A DNA stretch of 20,732 nt from Alphaproteobacteria bacterium (lineage in GTDB: Bacteria > Pseudomonadota > Alphaproteobacteria > JBFXJJ01), in assembly GCA_050175015.1 (NCBI GenBank), contig JBFXJJ010000023.1, positions 1 to 20,732 on the forward strand, in the 5' to 3' direction. Of this stretch, positions 5,743 through 16,657 are shown one piece after another. Numbering within the stretch: the first letter of the stretch is position 1; each line of letters begins with the position of its first letter. Position numbers and translations under genes: made by a program. Under the pieces are notes generated by a model, which was not told the origin of the DNA, ran no database searches, and saw nothing but the letters and a program-made list of their open reading frames with translations.

Positions 5743-6624
5743 TTAATGGCATAAAAATAAGGGTATTTTGGTATTTAAAAGCATATTTTTAGTTATGCCG
5801 CCAAGAATAAGGCGTCTTAAAGAGCTGTTGGTATAAGCTCCCATAACTAATAAATCAGCATTAAATTTTTCCGCTTTTTCTAAAATGCAGGAGCTGGCGG
5901 AAATGAAGTTTTCAGATATTTCTTCCACTTTAGGGTAGATGCCATCAATCTCTAAACTTTTTAAAAGTTCGTTGAGAGATATTTTTAAGTCAATAGCTTT
6001 TTCTGGAACAATTAAAAGGGTGTCTTCGGCTTTTTTTAAAAAAGGTAAAGCATTTTTTAAAGCTCTTGCTGAGGCTGCGCCACCATTCCACGCAATAGCA
6101 ATTCTTTTCCCAATAGAAGATATTTTTTTATCAGGGACAGCTATAGTTATCGCTCCACCATCGACTAAGACCGCATCAATATTGGTTAAAGCAGAATTGG
6201 TCTTGTGTTCTCTAGGACAAGGAGAAACGGTTATATGAAATATTTTTGCTAAATCTGCTAAAATGTCATTTTCAGCCCCAATTTTTTCTGCGTATGAGGC
6301 CGTTATTTGAGAATTGTTTTTAAAGTCATCTTTTTCAAAATCAATAACTTTAATGTTATTTTTTTGGCAGAAATCATTAAAAGCTTTTTTAGATGTCTTA
6401 GATTTTTCAGCACCTATTTTTTCTGTTACGCTGACCATTTCAGGAATGATTGTTGCTGCAACTCCTTCTCCGTAGTACGGAAAGTTTATGACAGGATCAG
6501 GCTTTACATTAACAGCATAGATATGGGAAAAAAATTGTTCTGCTATCAATTGAGCCGTGTTTAGTACTATTTTGTTATCACTGCTGCAGCCTAATGAAAC
6601 TAAGATTGTTGAGTAATCAACCAT
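5743..6624 (-). CDS. Universal stress protein (tandem USP domains)
   Basis: N-terminal YSTILVSL, RIAIAWNGGAASARALKNALPFL, and C-terminal ADLLVMGAY...LILGGITKNML...IPLFLCH. RBS AAGGA. Confidence 0.92.
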   Translation of the reverse strand: MVDYSTILVSLGCSSDNKIVLNTAQLIAEQFFSHIYAVNVKPDPVINFPYYGEGVAATIIPEMVSVTEKIGAEKSKTSKKAFNDFCQKNNIKVIDFEKDDFKNNSQITASYAEKIGAENDILADLAKIFHITVSPCPREHKTNSALTNIDAVLVDGGAITIAVPDKKISSIGKRIAIAWNGGAASARALKNALPFLKKAEDTLLIVPEKAIDLKISLNELLKSLEIDGIYPKVEEISENFISASSCILEKAEKFNADLLVMGAYTNSSLRRLILGGITKNMLLNTKIPLFLCH

Positions 6625-6646
6625 AAAAAATCCTTTAATATTTGAT

Positions 6647-8206
6647 TTAAACGTCTAAAATTTTTCTAACTGTCATAACAGTTTGTTCTTTTGCTCCTGA
6701 AGTGTCAATTTTATTCCAAGTTACTTCGCCGACATCTTTTTCAAACTGACGATCCAAAACTTTAACGGTTGCATCGGATGGATTCCTCTGTCTTGTTGCA
6801 ACTCTATCTGCTTGAATATCTCTATTAGCATACATCCAAAAACCATGGAAAGGAACGTTCAAATCTTTAGCAAGCTTTTCGATAGCTATTCTTTCATCTT
6901 GAGAGGCAAAAATTCCATCAGCTAAGGCGGGCAGTCCGGCTCTAATAACTTTAGTGCATTCAATGCGAAGATTTTCATATGTTTTTTTACTGCTTTCTTC
7001 ATCATAGTCTACTTTAGTTAGATGCTCGTGCGGTAGTTTTCCTTTAAGTTTCTTACGAATAACATCAGTTCTAAAGATCATAGCGCCAGGGGAAGCACCG
7101 ATATAAGGCGCTATTTCTCGTGACAGCCTTGATTTGCCGCTGCCAGAAAGACCGCCAGATGCAACTAAAATAGGAGGTTTTGGATTAAGCATTTGATTAG
7201 CTAAGACTAAGTACTCAAAGGCCTGTTTATTGAGATAATTTTTTTCATCTTCATCGGTTTGCATACTTGCCATTGTTGCGCAAACCTGAGCTCTGACCGC
7301 GGCACGGCACGATTGGAACAGCGGTAGACATAAAATGCCTTCATAGTCTCCAGAATAGGCCATATAATGGTTGAAGAAGATGCTGGCAAGACGTCTTAAC
7401 CCTCTTTTTTCCATATCCATTAAAAGGAATGCCAAGTCATACATAACATCAATAAGGGCAAGGTCATCATTGAATTCGATAGCATCAAATAAAATCGGTT
7501 TGCCGTCTATCATACAGATATTATGCAGATGAATGTCTCCGTGGCATCTTTTTACCTTGCCTTGTTTTTTTCTTTCATCAAGCAAATCTTTTATTTTGTT
7601 AAATTCTTTTACGCTCAAATCACGCAAGGTATCAATATCAGTAATATCAAACACAGCAGGGGCAAAACAGCGAAGCATTTCATCATTTTCAATAATGCGT
7701 CCTTTAATCATTTCAGAACCGCCTCTATCAGGAAATGATTCTGTTACAGAATGGATTTTAACTACGGTTTCTGCCAAATCCATCATTTCAAAACGATCAA
7801 GCTTGCCTAAGGGAGCCAAATTTTCAAAAAGATTTTCCTGCTCAAAGCGATTCATAACAACAACATAGTCTAGAATATCTTGACCATCAGCAGGCTCTTC
7901 ATTAGGAGGAAGCATTATTATTCCTTTTTGAGAATCCTTAACAATAGCAGATACACCTAGGAATAAAGTTGGAGCTCCTTCTTTTGTGACAGCAATTTCT
8001 TTGAAACAGGCTTGTTTGCGTTTTTCTATAGTCGAATAATCAAGGTATGGAAATTTTACGCCGCGTTTAAGTTTATAAGCTTTGTCTCCAACTAAAAAAA
8101 CAAGAGAAATGTGAGATTGAATAACGTCAATATTTTTGTAAGAAGTTTCATAAAAGCTCGGATTGTTAAGAGCCTTTAAAACATCTTTTTGTTCTTCAAT
8201 AATCAT
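6647..8206 (-). CDS. Bifunctional aminoglycoside-phosphotransferase-like / P-loop (AAA_33) kinase protein (Rv2004c-like)
   Basis: QSHISLVFLVGDKAYKLKRGVKFPYLDYST, CHGDIHLHNI, FDAIEFNDDL..IDVMYDLAFLLMD, Walker A GGLSGSGKS, and C-terminal SDAT..VL.RQ. Confidence 0.88.
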   Translation of the reverse strand: MIIEEQKDVLKALNNPSFYETSYKNIDVIQSHISLVFLVGDKAYKLKRGVKFPYLDYSTIEKRKQACFKEIAVTKEGAPTLFLGVSAIVKDSQKGIIMLPPNEEPADGQDILDYVVVMNRFEQENLFENLAPLGKLDRFEMMDLAETVVKIHSVTESFPDRGGSEMIKGRIIENDEMLRCFAPAVFDITDIDTLRDLSVKEFNKIKDLLDERKKQGKVKRCHGDIHLHNICMIDGKPILFDAIEFNDDLALIDVMYDLAFLLMDMEKRGLRRLASIFFNHYMAYSGDYEGILCLPLFQSCRAAVRAQVCATMASMQTDEDEKNYLNKQAFEYLVLANQMLNPKPPILVASGGLSGSGKSRLSREIAPYIGASPGAMIFRTDVIRKKLKGKLPHEHLTKVDYDEESSKKTYENLRIECTKVIRAGLPALADGIFASQDERIAIEKLAKDLNVPFHGFWMYANRDIQADRVATRQRNPSDATVKVLDRQFEKDVGEVTWNKIDTSGAKEQTVMTVRKILDV

Positions 8207-8372
8207 TGGCTTAACCCTTTTTTTAAATTATTTGCTCTTTTATTTTTTAATGTTTTTAAAACACTTATTCAAGAGAGATTCAAAAAATAACTGTTTATAA
8301 ATAATTTGTTAGTAGATAGCTGTCATAATCAAGACTTTAGTGGATTGCAATTTAATAACAAAATAGATAAAA

Positions 8373-9323
8373 ATGCCTCAAAAAACTTTATATGATATTC
8401 TTGGAATACCCAAAACTTCGTCTATAAGCGAAATTAAAAAGGCTTATAGAACGCTGGCTCGCAAGCTTCACCCTGATGTTAATCCCAATGACAAAAGCGC
8501 GGAAGATAAGTTTAAAGAAGTCACCAGAGCCTATGATATTTTATCAGATGAAAAAACTAAACAACGTTACGATAACGGTGAAATTGATGAAATGGGACAG
8601 GAAAAAGTAAAAGGCTTTAACTGGAAGAATCAAAATTACAGTAACAATAGAAGTTATAATAAAAAATATCAAAACGAAGATTTTTCTGATTTCTTTAATA
8701 ATTCATCTAAAGATGACTTTGATTTTTTTGATATTTTTAAATCATCTAGCGCTAATAAGAAAAAGACATCGACAAGAACACCTAAAAGTAAAGGAGCTGA
8801 CATTCGCTACAGCTTAAAAATAAGTTTTATTGAATCAGCGCAAGGTGCGAACAAGAGAATTTCTCTTACCAGTGGCAAGAAGCTTGATATTAATATTCCT
8901 GCAGGAACCCATAATGGACAGATGTTAAGACTAAAAGAGCAGGGTATGCCAGGTTTTGGCGGTTTAAAAGCTGGAGATGCTTTGATTGAAATTTTAGTTG
9001 AAGAACATAGTTTTTTTGAAATGAAGGGGCTTAATATTTTATTAGAAGTTCCTGTTACCATCAAAGAGGCTGAGCTTGGAGCGAAGATAACCGTGCCAAC
9101 AATTTCTGGAAAAGTAGCTGTCAGTATTCCTCCAAAATCAAACACAGATACTGTTTTAAGGATAAAAGGCAAAGGCATAACGTATGGAGAAAAAACAGGA
9201 GATCAGCTGGTTAAGCTTAAAGTTGTGCTTCCAGATGGCAGAGATCCTGCTTTTGAAAAATTTGTGCAAGAATGGAAGCCGGTGAATAATAAAGATCCTC
9301 GGGCATCAGCAGGAATTATTTAA
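8373..9323 (+). CDS. DnaJ class B / CbpA-like chaperone
   Basis: J domain with the HPD motif (KLHPDVNP), no zinc finger, and a DnaJ C-terminal domain (LRLKEQG, GDQLVKLKVVLP). Confidence 0.92.
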   Translation: MPQKTLYDILGIPKTSSISEIKKAYRTLARKLHPDVNPNDKSAEDKFKEVTRAYDILSDEKTKQRYDNGEIDEMGQEKVKGFNWKNQNYSNNRSYNKKYQNEDFSDFFNNSSKDDFDFFDIFKSSSANKKKTSTRTPKSKGADIRYSLKISFIESAQGANKRISLTSGKKLDINIPAGTHNGQMLRLKEQGMPGFGGLKAGDALIEILVEEHSFFEMKGLNILLEVPVTIKEAELGAKITVPTISGKVAVSIPPKSNTDTVLRIKGKGITYGEKTGDQLVKLKVVLPDGRDPAFEKFVQEWKPVNNKDPRASAGII

Positions 9324-9394
9324 TAATGAGCAAAGCAGCTCAAAGGTTGTTTTATATAATTAAAATCAAATTATTTTGCCATAAAGCTTAATCT

Positions 9395-10093
9395 TTAGCT
9401 CATATCATCACATAACCGATAACCAACACCAGATTCAGTTAGAATCAATTCAGGCTGTTCCGAATCTTTTTCGATTTTGCGCCGCAGCTGTCCGATAAAA
9501 ACTCTGAGATAAACCGTGTCTTCTGTGTGAGCTGGTCCCCATATTGTATGGAGTATCTGTCTGTGAGTTAGTACTTTTCCTGCGTGTTGAACTAAAAAAC
9601 ATAAAAGATCATATTCTTTCGGGGTTAAATGAATAATATTGTTGCCACGTTTAACAACGCGTTTGATAATATCGACCGAAAATTCGCCTTTTTTAAAAAT
9701 GGCAGTCTGTTCTTTTTTTTGTATTTTGTGGCGCAAAGATACTCTTAACCGAGCCATAAGTTCACCAATGTTAAAAGGCTTATCAATATAATCATCAGCA
9801 CCTAAATCTAAAGCTTTGATTTTTTCACTTTCCTGTGTTCTAGCAGATAAAATAACAATCGGAGTTTGCATTCCTTCACGCAGAGCTTTTATAACTTCTT
9901 TGCCGTCCATATCGGGCAGTCCTAAGTCGAGCATAATGGCGTCAGGAGATTCCGTAACCGCTTTTTTTATGGCATCTTGACCGGTTGATGCTTCGATAAC
10001 GGTGTAGCCGTTAGCGGTTAAAGACGTTCTTAGAAAACGAATAATCTGAGGTTCGTCATCGACGATTAAAATTCTAAATCCTGATTGATTCAT
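9395..10093 (-). CDS. kdpE: KdpE-type OmpR-family response regulator
   Basis: ILIVDDEPQI, LDLGLPDMDG, ALDLGADDY, and VLTHRQIL..IWGPAH.ED..YLRVFIGQLRRKIE, characteristic of KdpE. Confidence 0.92.
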   Translation of the reverse strand: MNQSGFRILIVDDEPQIIRFLRTSLTANGYTVIEASTGQDAIKKAVTESPDAIMLDLGLPDMDGKEVIKALREGMQTPIVILSARTQESEKIKALDLGADDYIDKPFNIGELMARLRVSLRHKIQKKEQTAIFKKGEFSVDIIKRVVKRGNNIIHLTPKEYDLLCFLVQHAGKVLTHRQILHTIWGPAHTEDTVYLRVFIGQLRRKIEKDSEQPELILTESGVGYRLCDDMS

Positions 10094-10099
10094 TCATAA

Positions 10100-11629
10100 T
10101 TATTCCTCATTAAGAAGATTCATATCAGGAGCTTTTTCCTCTATGAAGCTTAGTTTAAAACAAACACCTTTATTATCGGTAAAAGGACTTATAACTTCTA
10201 TGCTGCCGCCCATTGCTTCAATCAGACCTTTGCAGATTGAAAGCCCAAGCCCTGTTCCTGCTATAGTATAGTCAGTTTTTTTAACTCTGTAAAATTTATC
10301 AAATAAGAACGGCAAATGTTCTTGAGAAATACCCGCGCCATCATCGATAACATTAATAATTATTTTGTTGTCATAGAAACTTGAGTTAATTGTTATCGTG
10401 CTGTCTTTGCCGCTATATTTAACAGAATTATCTAAAAGATTGAATAAAACAGTATCAAGCATTACAAAATCAGCTTTAAGAAGTGGAAGTTCGGCATTAT
10501 TTTTACGGATTATTTTTTTATCAGGAGCATAACGTTTAACTCTTCGCACAGCGGCGTCAATAACTTCAGAAACAACAATCCAGTCTTTATTGATTTTTAC
10601 AGAGCCGCTTTCTAATTTGGTAATATCTAAAAGATTATTTACAAAGCGGTCTAATCTCTCGGCTTCTTCTCTGATGGTTGCAATTAATTCTTTTTGTGCG
10701 GCTAAAGAATAGTTCTCGAGGTCGGTATTAAGCGTGGTTGCCGAACCTAAAATAGACGTAAGAGGTGTTTTTAAATCGTGGGATATTGAAGACAACAGGG
10801 CATTGCGAAAGCGCTCACTTTCAGCCAAAGCTTCGGCGTGAGAAGCGGTTTTAGCAAAGGTAATACGTTCTAGAGCGGCGGTGGTCTGATCAAGCATCGT
10901 ATCAACAATAAGAAAACTTTCAGGTAAAAAGTTGTTTTTACTTTGTTTAATTCCAAGAACTCCCGCAATTTGATTGTTTACATCATTGATTATACGAAAA
11001 TGCCATTTTAAATGATTAAATTTATTAGTAAACGCTCCGCTAGATTCTCTATTATCAAGGCTCCACTTAGCTGCTTCTTGTTCTTCTTTTTCAAGATTTA
11101 CACTGGTGTGCTGACTGAATATTATTTTAGGATCTTTATCTTGAGGACTGAATATCAAAACGGGGCATTCTGTAAAATGATTAATTTCTAAGGCTAACGC
11201 TTCTAAAATCTCGTCGGAAGTTTTGGCAGAACTTAGGCTTCTTGCTAAATCATAAAGGCTTTGCAAAGCTTTAACTCTAGCTTTGGCTTTCAAAGCTTGA
11301 TCCTTAACTCTTCCTGCCAGAGAACCTGTTGTAATAGCAACTACTAAAAAGACCAGCAATGTCGTGGTATCATACCAATGTTTTACCATCAAGGTATGAT
11401 AAGGCTCGGTAAAAAAGAAGTTGTAGAAGAAAAAGGTTAGAATTGCGGTAATTAAGGAAGCGGTTAACCCTCTCCAAACTGCGCAGAACAGAACCGCCGT
11501 TAAAAAAATCATAACAATATTAACAGGCGCTTTAAAAGATGGAAAAAAAGCAACGAGTTTTAAGGTTGTTAATAAGGAAATCAAAGAAAAAGCAATAGCA
11601 ATTAAAATTTCTTTGAGATCTTTTTTCAT
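10100..11629 (-). CDS. kdpD: KdpD-like sensor histidine kinase lacking the N-terminal cytoplasmic KdpD/Usp region
   Basis: Four-TM DUF4118-like domain (YNFFFTEPYHTL), GAF-like region, H-box LLSSISHDLKTPL, N-box NLLDNSVKY, and G-box GTGLGLSIC. Only 509 aa. Confidence 0.85.
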   Translation of the reverse strand: MKKDLKEILIAIAFSLISLLTTLKLVAFFPSFKAPVNIVMIFLTAVLFCAVWRGLTASLITAILTFFFYNFFFTEPYHTLMVKHWYDTTTLLVFLVVAITTGSLAGRVKDQALKAKARVKALQSLYDLARSLSSAKTSDEILEALALEINHFTECPVLIFSPQDKDPKIIFSQHTSVNLEKEEQEAAKWSLDNRESSGAFTNKFNHLKWHFRIINDVNNQIAGVLGIKQSKNNFLPESFLIVDTMLDQTTAALERITFAKTASHAEALAESERFRNALLSSISHDLKTPLTSILGSATTLNTDLENYSLAAQKELIATIREEAERLDRFVNNLLDITKLESGSVKINKDWIVVSEVIDAAVRRVKRYAPDKKIIRKNNAELPLLKADFVMLDTVLFNLLDNSVKYSGKDSTITINSSFYDNKIIINVIDDGAGISQEHLPFLFDKFYRVKKTDYTIAGTGLGLSICKGLIEAMGGSIEVISPFTDNKGVCFKLSFIEEKAPDMNLLNEE

Positions 11630-11630
11630 A

Positions 11631-13130
11631 TTAACTCTTCCAATATTCAGGCATAAATAAAACTAAAATAGTTAACAGCTCTAATCTTCCAGCAAGCATA
11701 GCAAAAGACAGTATCCATTTTGCGGTAAGGGGCAAAGATAAATAGTTGCCAGAAGGTCCCGCAATACTTCCTAATCCAGGACCAGAATTAGCCATAGATG
11801 CGGCAACAGTACTTGAGCTTGTAAGAAAATCTACACCCGTTGCCGAAACAAGAAAAGTGCAAATTACAAAAAACACTACGTAAAGAGCAATAAAAATAAT
11901 AACAGAAATTAGCAAATCGGCATTATAGCTTTGCTGCCCATATTTCATTTTAATAACTTTATGTGGTAAAAACAGATGAATAATATTTTCTTTGAGATAG
12001 CCAAAAAATATCTGCCATCTAAAGATTTTAATAGCACCAGCTGTCGACCCTGTGCAGCCTCCAATAAAAGGCAGAATAAAGAAGATGGTTATCGCAAAAT
12101 TGCCCCATAAGCCGTAGTCATCAGAAGCAAAACCTGTATCGGTGATAATGGAAGTTACATTAAAACTAGACTTACGCAAAGCTTCCGTAAAATTAATATT
12201 TTTAGCTAAAAACAACCATATTGTTGAGCAGATAACAAAAAAAGCAATAACAAGAATAAATGTTACAACCTGCCTATCCTGATCATTTTTTTCACGATTT
12301 TTTTGAAACAACCTTATGTAATAGGTCAAAGGCAAGGCACCGCTAATCATAAAAACAATTAAAATAAATTCATATAATGGATTGTTATAATATCCTATAG
12401 AGCTGTCTTTGTTAGAAAACCCACCCGTTGCGATTGTCGGCATTGCGTGGTTTATGGCATCAAACCAATTCATACCAGCAAATTTTAGGCATAAACTACA
12501 AGCAAAAAATAAAACCAAGTAAACAAGAGCAATATTTTTAGCCATATCTGCAACTCGAGGTGTAATCTTGCCAAAATTTTCAGATGATTCCATTTGGAAA
12601 ATCTGCATTCCACCCACTCTAAAATAGGGGAAAAAAGATACTGCAACGGCAACAATTCCAATGCCGCCAATAAAATTAAGCATCGAACGCCATAAAAGAA
12701 TGCCTGGGGTCATATCATTAAGACCAACAATAACCGTTGCCCCTGTTGTCGATAGTCCTGACATTGCTTCAAAAAAAGCATTGGTATAATTATTAGGAAA
12801 CAAATAAATATAAAAAGGAAGCGATCCTGCGATTACCAGCATAAGCCAGACTAAAACAGTGAACAAAAATGCTTGCTTAATTGAGATTGCTTTTATGTTG
12901 GTCTTGGTGGCAAAAAACATTGATAAGCCAAAATAAAAGCATATTCCAGCAGACTCTAGAAACACAATCCAAGAAGTTCCTTGATAAAAATAATCAACGA
13001 AAGCAGGAATCAGCATACAAAGAGCAAATAAAGCTGTGGTTAAGCCGCAAGCCATAAAAACAGGTCTAATATCAGATTTTTTAGTAATTTGCAAAGATAC
13101 CCCCAAGATATCAATTTTCCCACTGTACAT
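11631..13130 (-). CDS. trkH: TrkH-family potassium uptake membrane protein
   Basis: Pore-loop motifs FFEAMSGLSTTGAT, TIATGGFS, ITDTGF, GGCTGSTAGAIK, ANSGPGLG, MLAGRLE. The real start may be the TTG at 13094. Confidence 0.93.
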   Translation of the reverse strand: MYSGKIDILGVSLQITKKSDIRPVFMACGLTTALFALCMLIPAFVDYFYQGTSWIVFLESAGICFYFGLSMFFATKTNIKAISIKQAFLFTVLVWLMLVIAGSLPFYIYLFPNNYTNAFFEAMSGLSTTGATVIVGLNDMTPGILLWRSMLNFIGGIGIVAVAVSFFPYFRVGGMQIFQMESSENFGKITPRVADMAKNIALVYLVLFFACSLCLKFAGMNWFDAINHAMPTIATGGFSNKDSSIGYYNNPLYEFILIVFMISGALPLTYYIRLFQKNREKNDQDRQVVTFILVIAFFVICSTIWLFLAKNINFTEALRKSSFNVTSIITDTGFASDDYGLWGNFAITIFFILPFIGGCTGSTAGAIKIFRWQIFFGYLKENIIHLFLPHKVIKMKYGQQSYNADLLISVIIFIALYVVFFVICTFLVSATGVDFLTSSSTVAASMANSGPGLGSIAGPSGNYLSLPLTAKWILSFAMLAGRLELLTILVLFMPEYWKS

Positions 13131-13306
13131 ATAGGATTCTTAGGGGTTAGATTTCGATACTTATTCCTTTTCAAAAAAATAAAGATTTTGTAAAGATTAA
13201 GCTTTTTTTGACCTAGCGATAATACGCCCGCAAAAAAGTTTTTGGCATCAAAGCCTTTTTGTTTCATCAAAATGAACAGCGCTGAATGAAATATGCTTTA
13301 AAGTTT

Positions 13307-14569
13307 TTAAGAAGCGATAACTTCAGATACTAGCATTCCCAGCTTTTCACTTTCAGCTTTTTTCGTTTCAGAGAAAATGGCTTTTACTTTTTGAGATATG
13401 TTGTTGTTAAGATGTTTGTCGACATCGCAGTCTGACGTTGCGCCAAAAATTTCAGCAAGGTCTAAAACTGTGAAACTTGAAATATCTCTAGTTAAAACTA
13501 ATTCACCAGTTTCGGTTGCGGCAATAATTCCATTGTTTTTGAGTTTTGCAACCACAAAATCAAAATCTATCTCAGAGATATTAAATGAAGATAAAGCTTT
13601 TTTCTTTTTAAGATTATCGGTCTTTTGCATCGACTGCCACAGCATTTCAATCAAAGATAAGGCAATCGCAACAAATTTTGCTCGTCCTTCTTCCATATCG
13701 ACTTTGTGTGTTCTTTTAGATCTAGCTCCTCGCTGCCATTCAGGAAGGGCAGAAGTTATCTCCGCACCAAAAAGAACCAACGTCCAAGATAGGTAAATCC
13801 AAAGTAAAAATAATGGCAGAGCAGCTAGGGCGCCATAAATTACTTGATAAGACGAGCCAATTAAAACGAAATAGCCAAAAGCTATTTTTAAGATATTGAA
13901 CAATAAAGCCGCAGAAACTCCGCCAATTAAAGCGTGTTTTATTTTAACAATGCGGTTAGGTACAGCAATGTATAAAAGCATAAAACCTAAAGAAAAGAAA
14001 ATAACAGGAATAATGCGGTTTAAATCATTTTCCGAAAAGGCGACTTCTTTTTGAAACCAGTGCTTCGCGGCAGAGACATAGCCAGAAAAAGAAAAGCTTG
14101 TTCCAATTAAAAGCGGGCAAAAGGTCAGCATTGTCCAATACATCATCATACGGGCAATAATAGTTCTGGGTTTATCTACTTTGAAAATAGAATTGAAAGA
14201 TTCTTCGATTTTATTGAGCATAAATACTGACGTAAAAACAAGTCCAACAACACCGACAGCGGTTAGACCTGATGTTGCTATCACAAAGTTTGATATTTTT
14301 TCCTGCAAGGTTTTTTCTGCGTGCGGCGCAAAATTTTTAAAAACAAAATCTTGAAGTTGTCCTTTAGCATCATCAAAAACGGGAAAAGCCGAAAAAATAG
14401 CAAGGGCTATGGCTAAAAGAGGGACAATTCCCACAAGAGACGTATATGCTAAAGAGGCCGATATTTGAAAAATATTATCTTTTTTACTGCGTTCGCCAAG
14501 GTAAAAACTAAAGTTAATAAAAGTCGAAAAGAACTTTTTTATTCTTTTAATCGTATTTTCAATTTGCAT
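13307..14569 (-). CDS. YihY/virulence factor BrkB family inner-membrane protein with C-terminal Rrf2-like winged-helix extension
   Basis: SASLAYTSLVGIVPLLA, IEESFNSIF, YQVIYGALAALPLFLLWIYLSWTLVLFGAEI, and C-terminal LKNNGII...LVLTRD...TVLDL. Confidence 0.88.
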   Translation of the reverse strand: MQIENTIKRIKKFFSTFINFSFYLGERSKKDNIFQISASLAYTSLVGIVPLLAIALAIFSAFPVFDDAKGQLQDFVFKNFAPHAEKTLQEKISNFVIATSGLTAVGVVGLVFTSVFMLNKIEESFNSIFKVDKPRTIIARMMMYWTMLTFCPLLIGTSFSFSGYVSAAKHWFQKEVAFSENDLNRIIPVIFFSLGFMLLYIAVPNRIVKIKHALIGGVSAALLFNILKIAFGYFVLIGSSYQVIYGALAALPLFLLWIYLSWTLVLFGAEITSALPEWQRGARSKRTHKVDMEEGRAKFVAIALSLIEMLWQSMQKTDNLKKKKALSSFNISEIDFDFVVAKLKNNGIIAATETGELVLTRDISSFTVLDLAEIFGATSDCDVDKHLNNNISQKVKAIFSETKKAESEKLGMLVSEVIAS

Positions 14570-14693
14570 TTTTTATATTCCTGCTTGCAAATATATTAAT
14601 ATCAATATTATAAACATATATACATATTTACCATTTATTTTTAAGTTAATGGATAAAATAAACGGTTTCCATTTTCAACGAAAGGATTTTTTT

Positions 14694-15533
14694 ATGACTC
14701 AACCATTACCATTAATGGCTAACAAAAAAGGACTGATTATGGGCGTTGCTAACAACAAGTCTATGGCTTGGGGTATTGCACAAGCAGCTTTTAATCATGG
14801 TGCAGAACTTGCATTTACTTATCAAGGAGAAGCTTTAGAAAAAAGAGTAAGGCCTCTTGCAGCAGAAGTTAATTCTAATATTGTTTTGCCTTGTGACGTT
14901 ACTGATTCCGATTCGATAGAAGAGGTTGTGTCCGAAATTGAAAAAAAATGGGGCAAACTTGACTTCTTAGTTCACGCTATTGCGTATTCTGATAAAAATG
15001 AATTAAAAGGCCGTTATATTGATACAAGTTTAAGCAACTTTTTAAATTCAATGCATATTTCTTGCTTTTCTTTTGTTGAAGTTGTTAAGAAATTTTCAAG
15101 AATAATGACCGATGGCGGCAGCTGTCTTACCCTTTCTTACTTTGGTGCCGAAAGAGTAATTCCGCATTATAATGTTATGGGCGTTGCTAAAGCAGCTTTA
15201 GAAGCTTCTGTTCGTTATATGTCTCACGATTTAGGGCAGGAAAACATCAGAGTTAATGCTATTTCAGCAGGTCCTATTAAAACATTGGCGGCTTCTGGTA
15301 TCGGCGATTTCCGTTCTATTTTAACCTGGAATGAGCTTAATTCTCCATTAAGACGCAATATTACGATTGAAGATGTTGGTGGTTCTGCGGTTGCTTTAAT
15401 GAGCGATTTGTGTTCAGCAATTACGGGAGAAGTTATTCATGTTGACAGCGGTTATCACACTGTTGGTATGATTGCGACAGATCTTGCGGCTCAGATTGCT
15501 GATAACCTTAAAGATTTTCAGAAAAGCGAATAA
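14694..15533 (+). CDS. fabI: Enoyl-ACP reductase FabI
   Basis: GLIMGVANNKSMAWGIA, YNVMGVAKAALE, AISAGPIKTLAA. I moved the start from 14649 to the ATG at 14694, which follows RBS AAAGGA. Confidence 0.96.
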   Translation: MTQPLPLMANKKGLIMGVANNKSMAWGIAQAAFNHGAELAFTYQGEALEKRVRPLAAEVNSNIVLPCDVTDSDSIEEVVSEIEKKWGKLDFLVHAIAYSDKNELKGRYIDTSLSNFLNSMHISCFSFVEVVKKFSRIMTDGGSCLTLSYFGAERVIPHYNVMGVAKAALEASVRYMSHDLGQENIRVNAISAGPIKTLAASGIGDFRSILTWNELNSPLRRNITIEDVGGSAVALMSDLCSAITGEVIHVDSGYHTVGMIATDLAAQIADNLKDFQKSE

Positions 15534-15542
15534 AAATTAATA

Positions 15543-16628
15543 ATGTCAGGTAATTTTTTTGGAACACTGTTTAAATTCGGCAGCTTTGGAGAGAGTCACG
15601 GGAAAGCTATCGGTGGAATTGTTGACGGTGTTCCTCCTCTGATTCCCTTAAGCGAAGAAGATATTCAATATTTTCTAGATAGGCGCAAGCCAGGACAGTC
15701 GGCTTTTACTACGCCTAGAAACGAAGAGGATAAAGTTATTTTGCTTTCAGGAATATTTGAAGGCAAAACGACAGGAACTCCTATTGGTTTTATGATTGAA
15801 AATCAAGATCAGAGATCAAGAGATTACGGTGATATTGCTGAGTTGTTTCGCCCTGGACACGCTGATTATACCTATTTTAAAAAATATGGCATTAGAGATT
15901 ATCGTGGCGGGGGAAGATCTTCCGCAAGAGAAACAGCAGTAAGAGTTGTAGCTGGAGCCATTGCTCGCAAAGCCTTAAATCATATTTGCGAAAGCGAAGT
16001 GATTATTAGAGGTGCTGTAACGCAAATTGGCAAATTAGAAATTGAACGTAAAAATTGGGATTGGGAACAGGTTGCCAAAAACCCATTTAACTGTCCTGAT
16101 GCCAAAATGGTTTCTAAATTTGAAAAATATTTAACTAAAATTGCCGAAGAAGGAAGCTCCGTTGGAGCCGTTATTGAACTTGAAGTTTTAGGAATTCCTT
16201 GTGGTTTGGGAGCGCCTGTTTATGACAAGCTTGATGCCGATATTGCTAAGGCAATGATGAGCATAAATGCGGTTAAAGCTGTTGAAATAGGAGAAGGTTT
16301 TGGGGCAGCTTCTTTGGAAGGTACTCAAAATGCTGACGAGTTTGCTCTTGATGAAAATGGTAAAACCTATACAACTTCAAATCACGCAGGCGGAATTCTT
16401 GGCGGTATTTCAACTGGAGAGCCTATCACTGTTAGAATAGCGGTGAAACCAACAAGCTCTATAAGGAAAACACTGCAAACCATAGATATAAATGGCAAGC
16501 AAAGGGAAATTTCAACTAAAGGCAGGCACGATCCTTGTGTCGGAATAAGAGCCGTCCCTGTTGCTGAGGCTATGCTTGCTTGTGTTCTTTTAGATCACTA
16601 TATGCGTCATAAAGCGCAATGCCTCTAA
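15543..16628 (+). CDS. aroC: Chorismate synthase
   Basis: [46 protein letters not shown]. Confidence 0.98.
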   Translation: MSGNFFGTLFKFGSFGESHGKAIGGIVDGVPPLIPLSEEDIQYFLDRRKPGQSAFTTPRNEEDKVILLSGIFEGKTTGTPIGFMIENQDQRSRDYGDIAELFRPGHADYTYFKKYGIRDYRGGGRSSARETAVRVVAGAIARKALNHICESEVIIRGAVTQIGKLEIERKNWDWEQVAKNPFNCPDAKMVSKFEKYLTKIAEEGSSVGAVIELEVLGIPCGLGAPVYDKLDADIAKAMMSINAVKAVEIGEGFGAASLEGTQNADEFALDENGKTYTTSNHAGGILGGISTGEPITVRIAVKPTSSIRKTLQTIDINGKQREISTKGRHDPCVGIRAVPVAEAMLACVLLDHYMRHKAQCL

Positions 16629-16657
16629 ATTAAAATTAAATTCAAAGGGAAAATACA

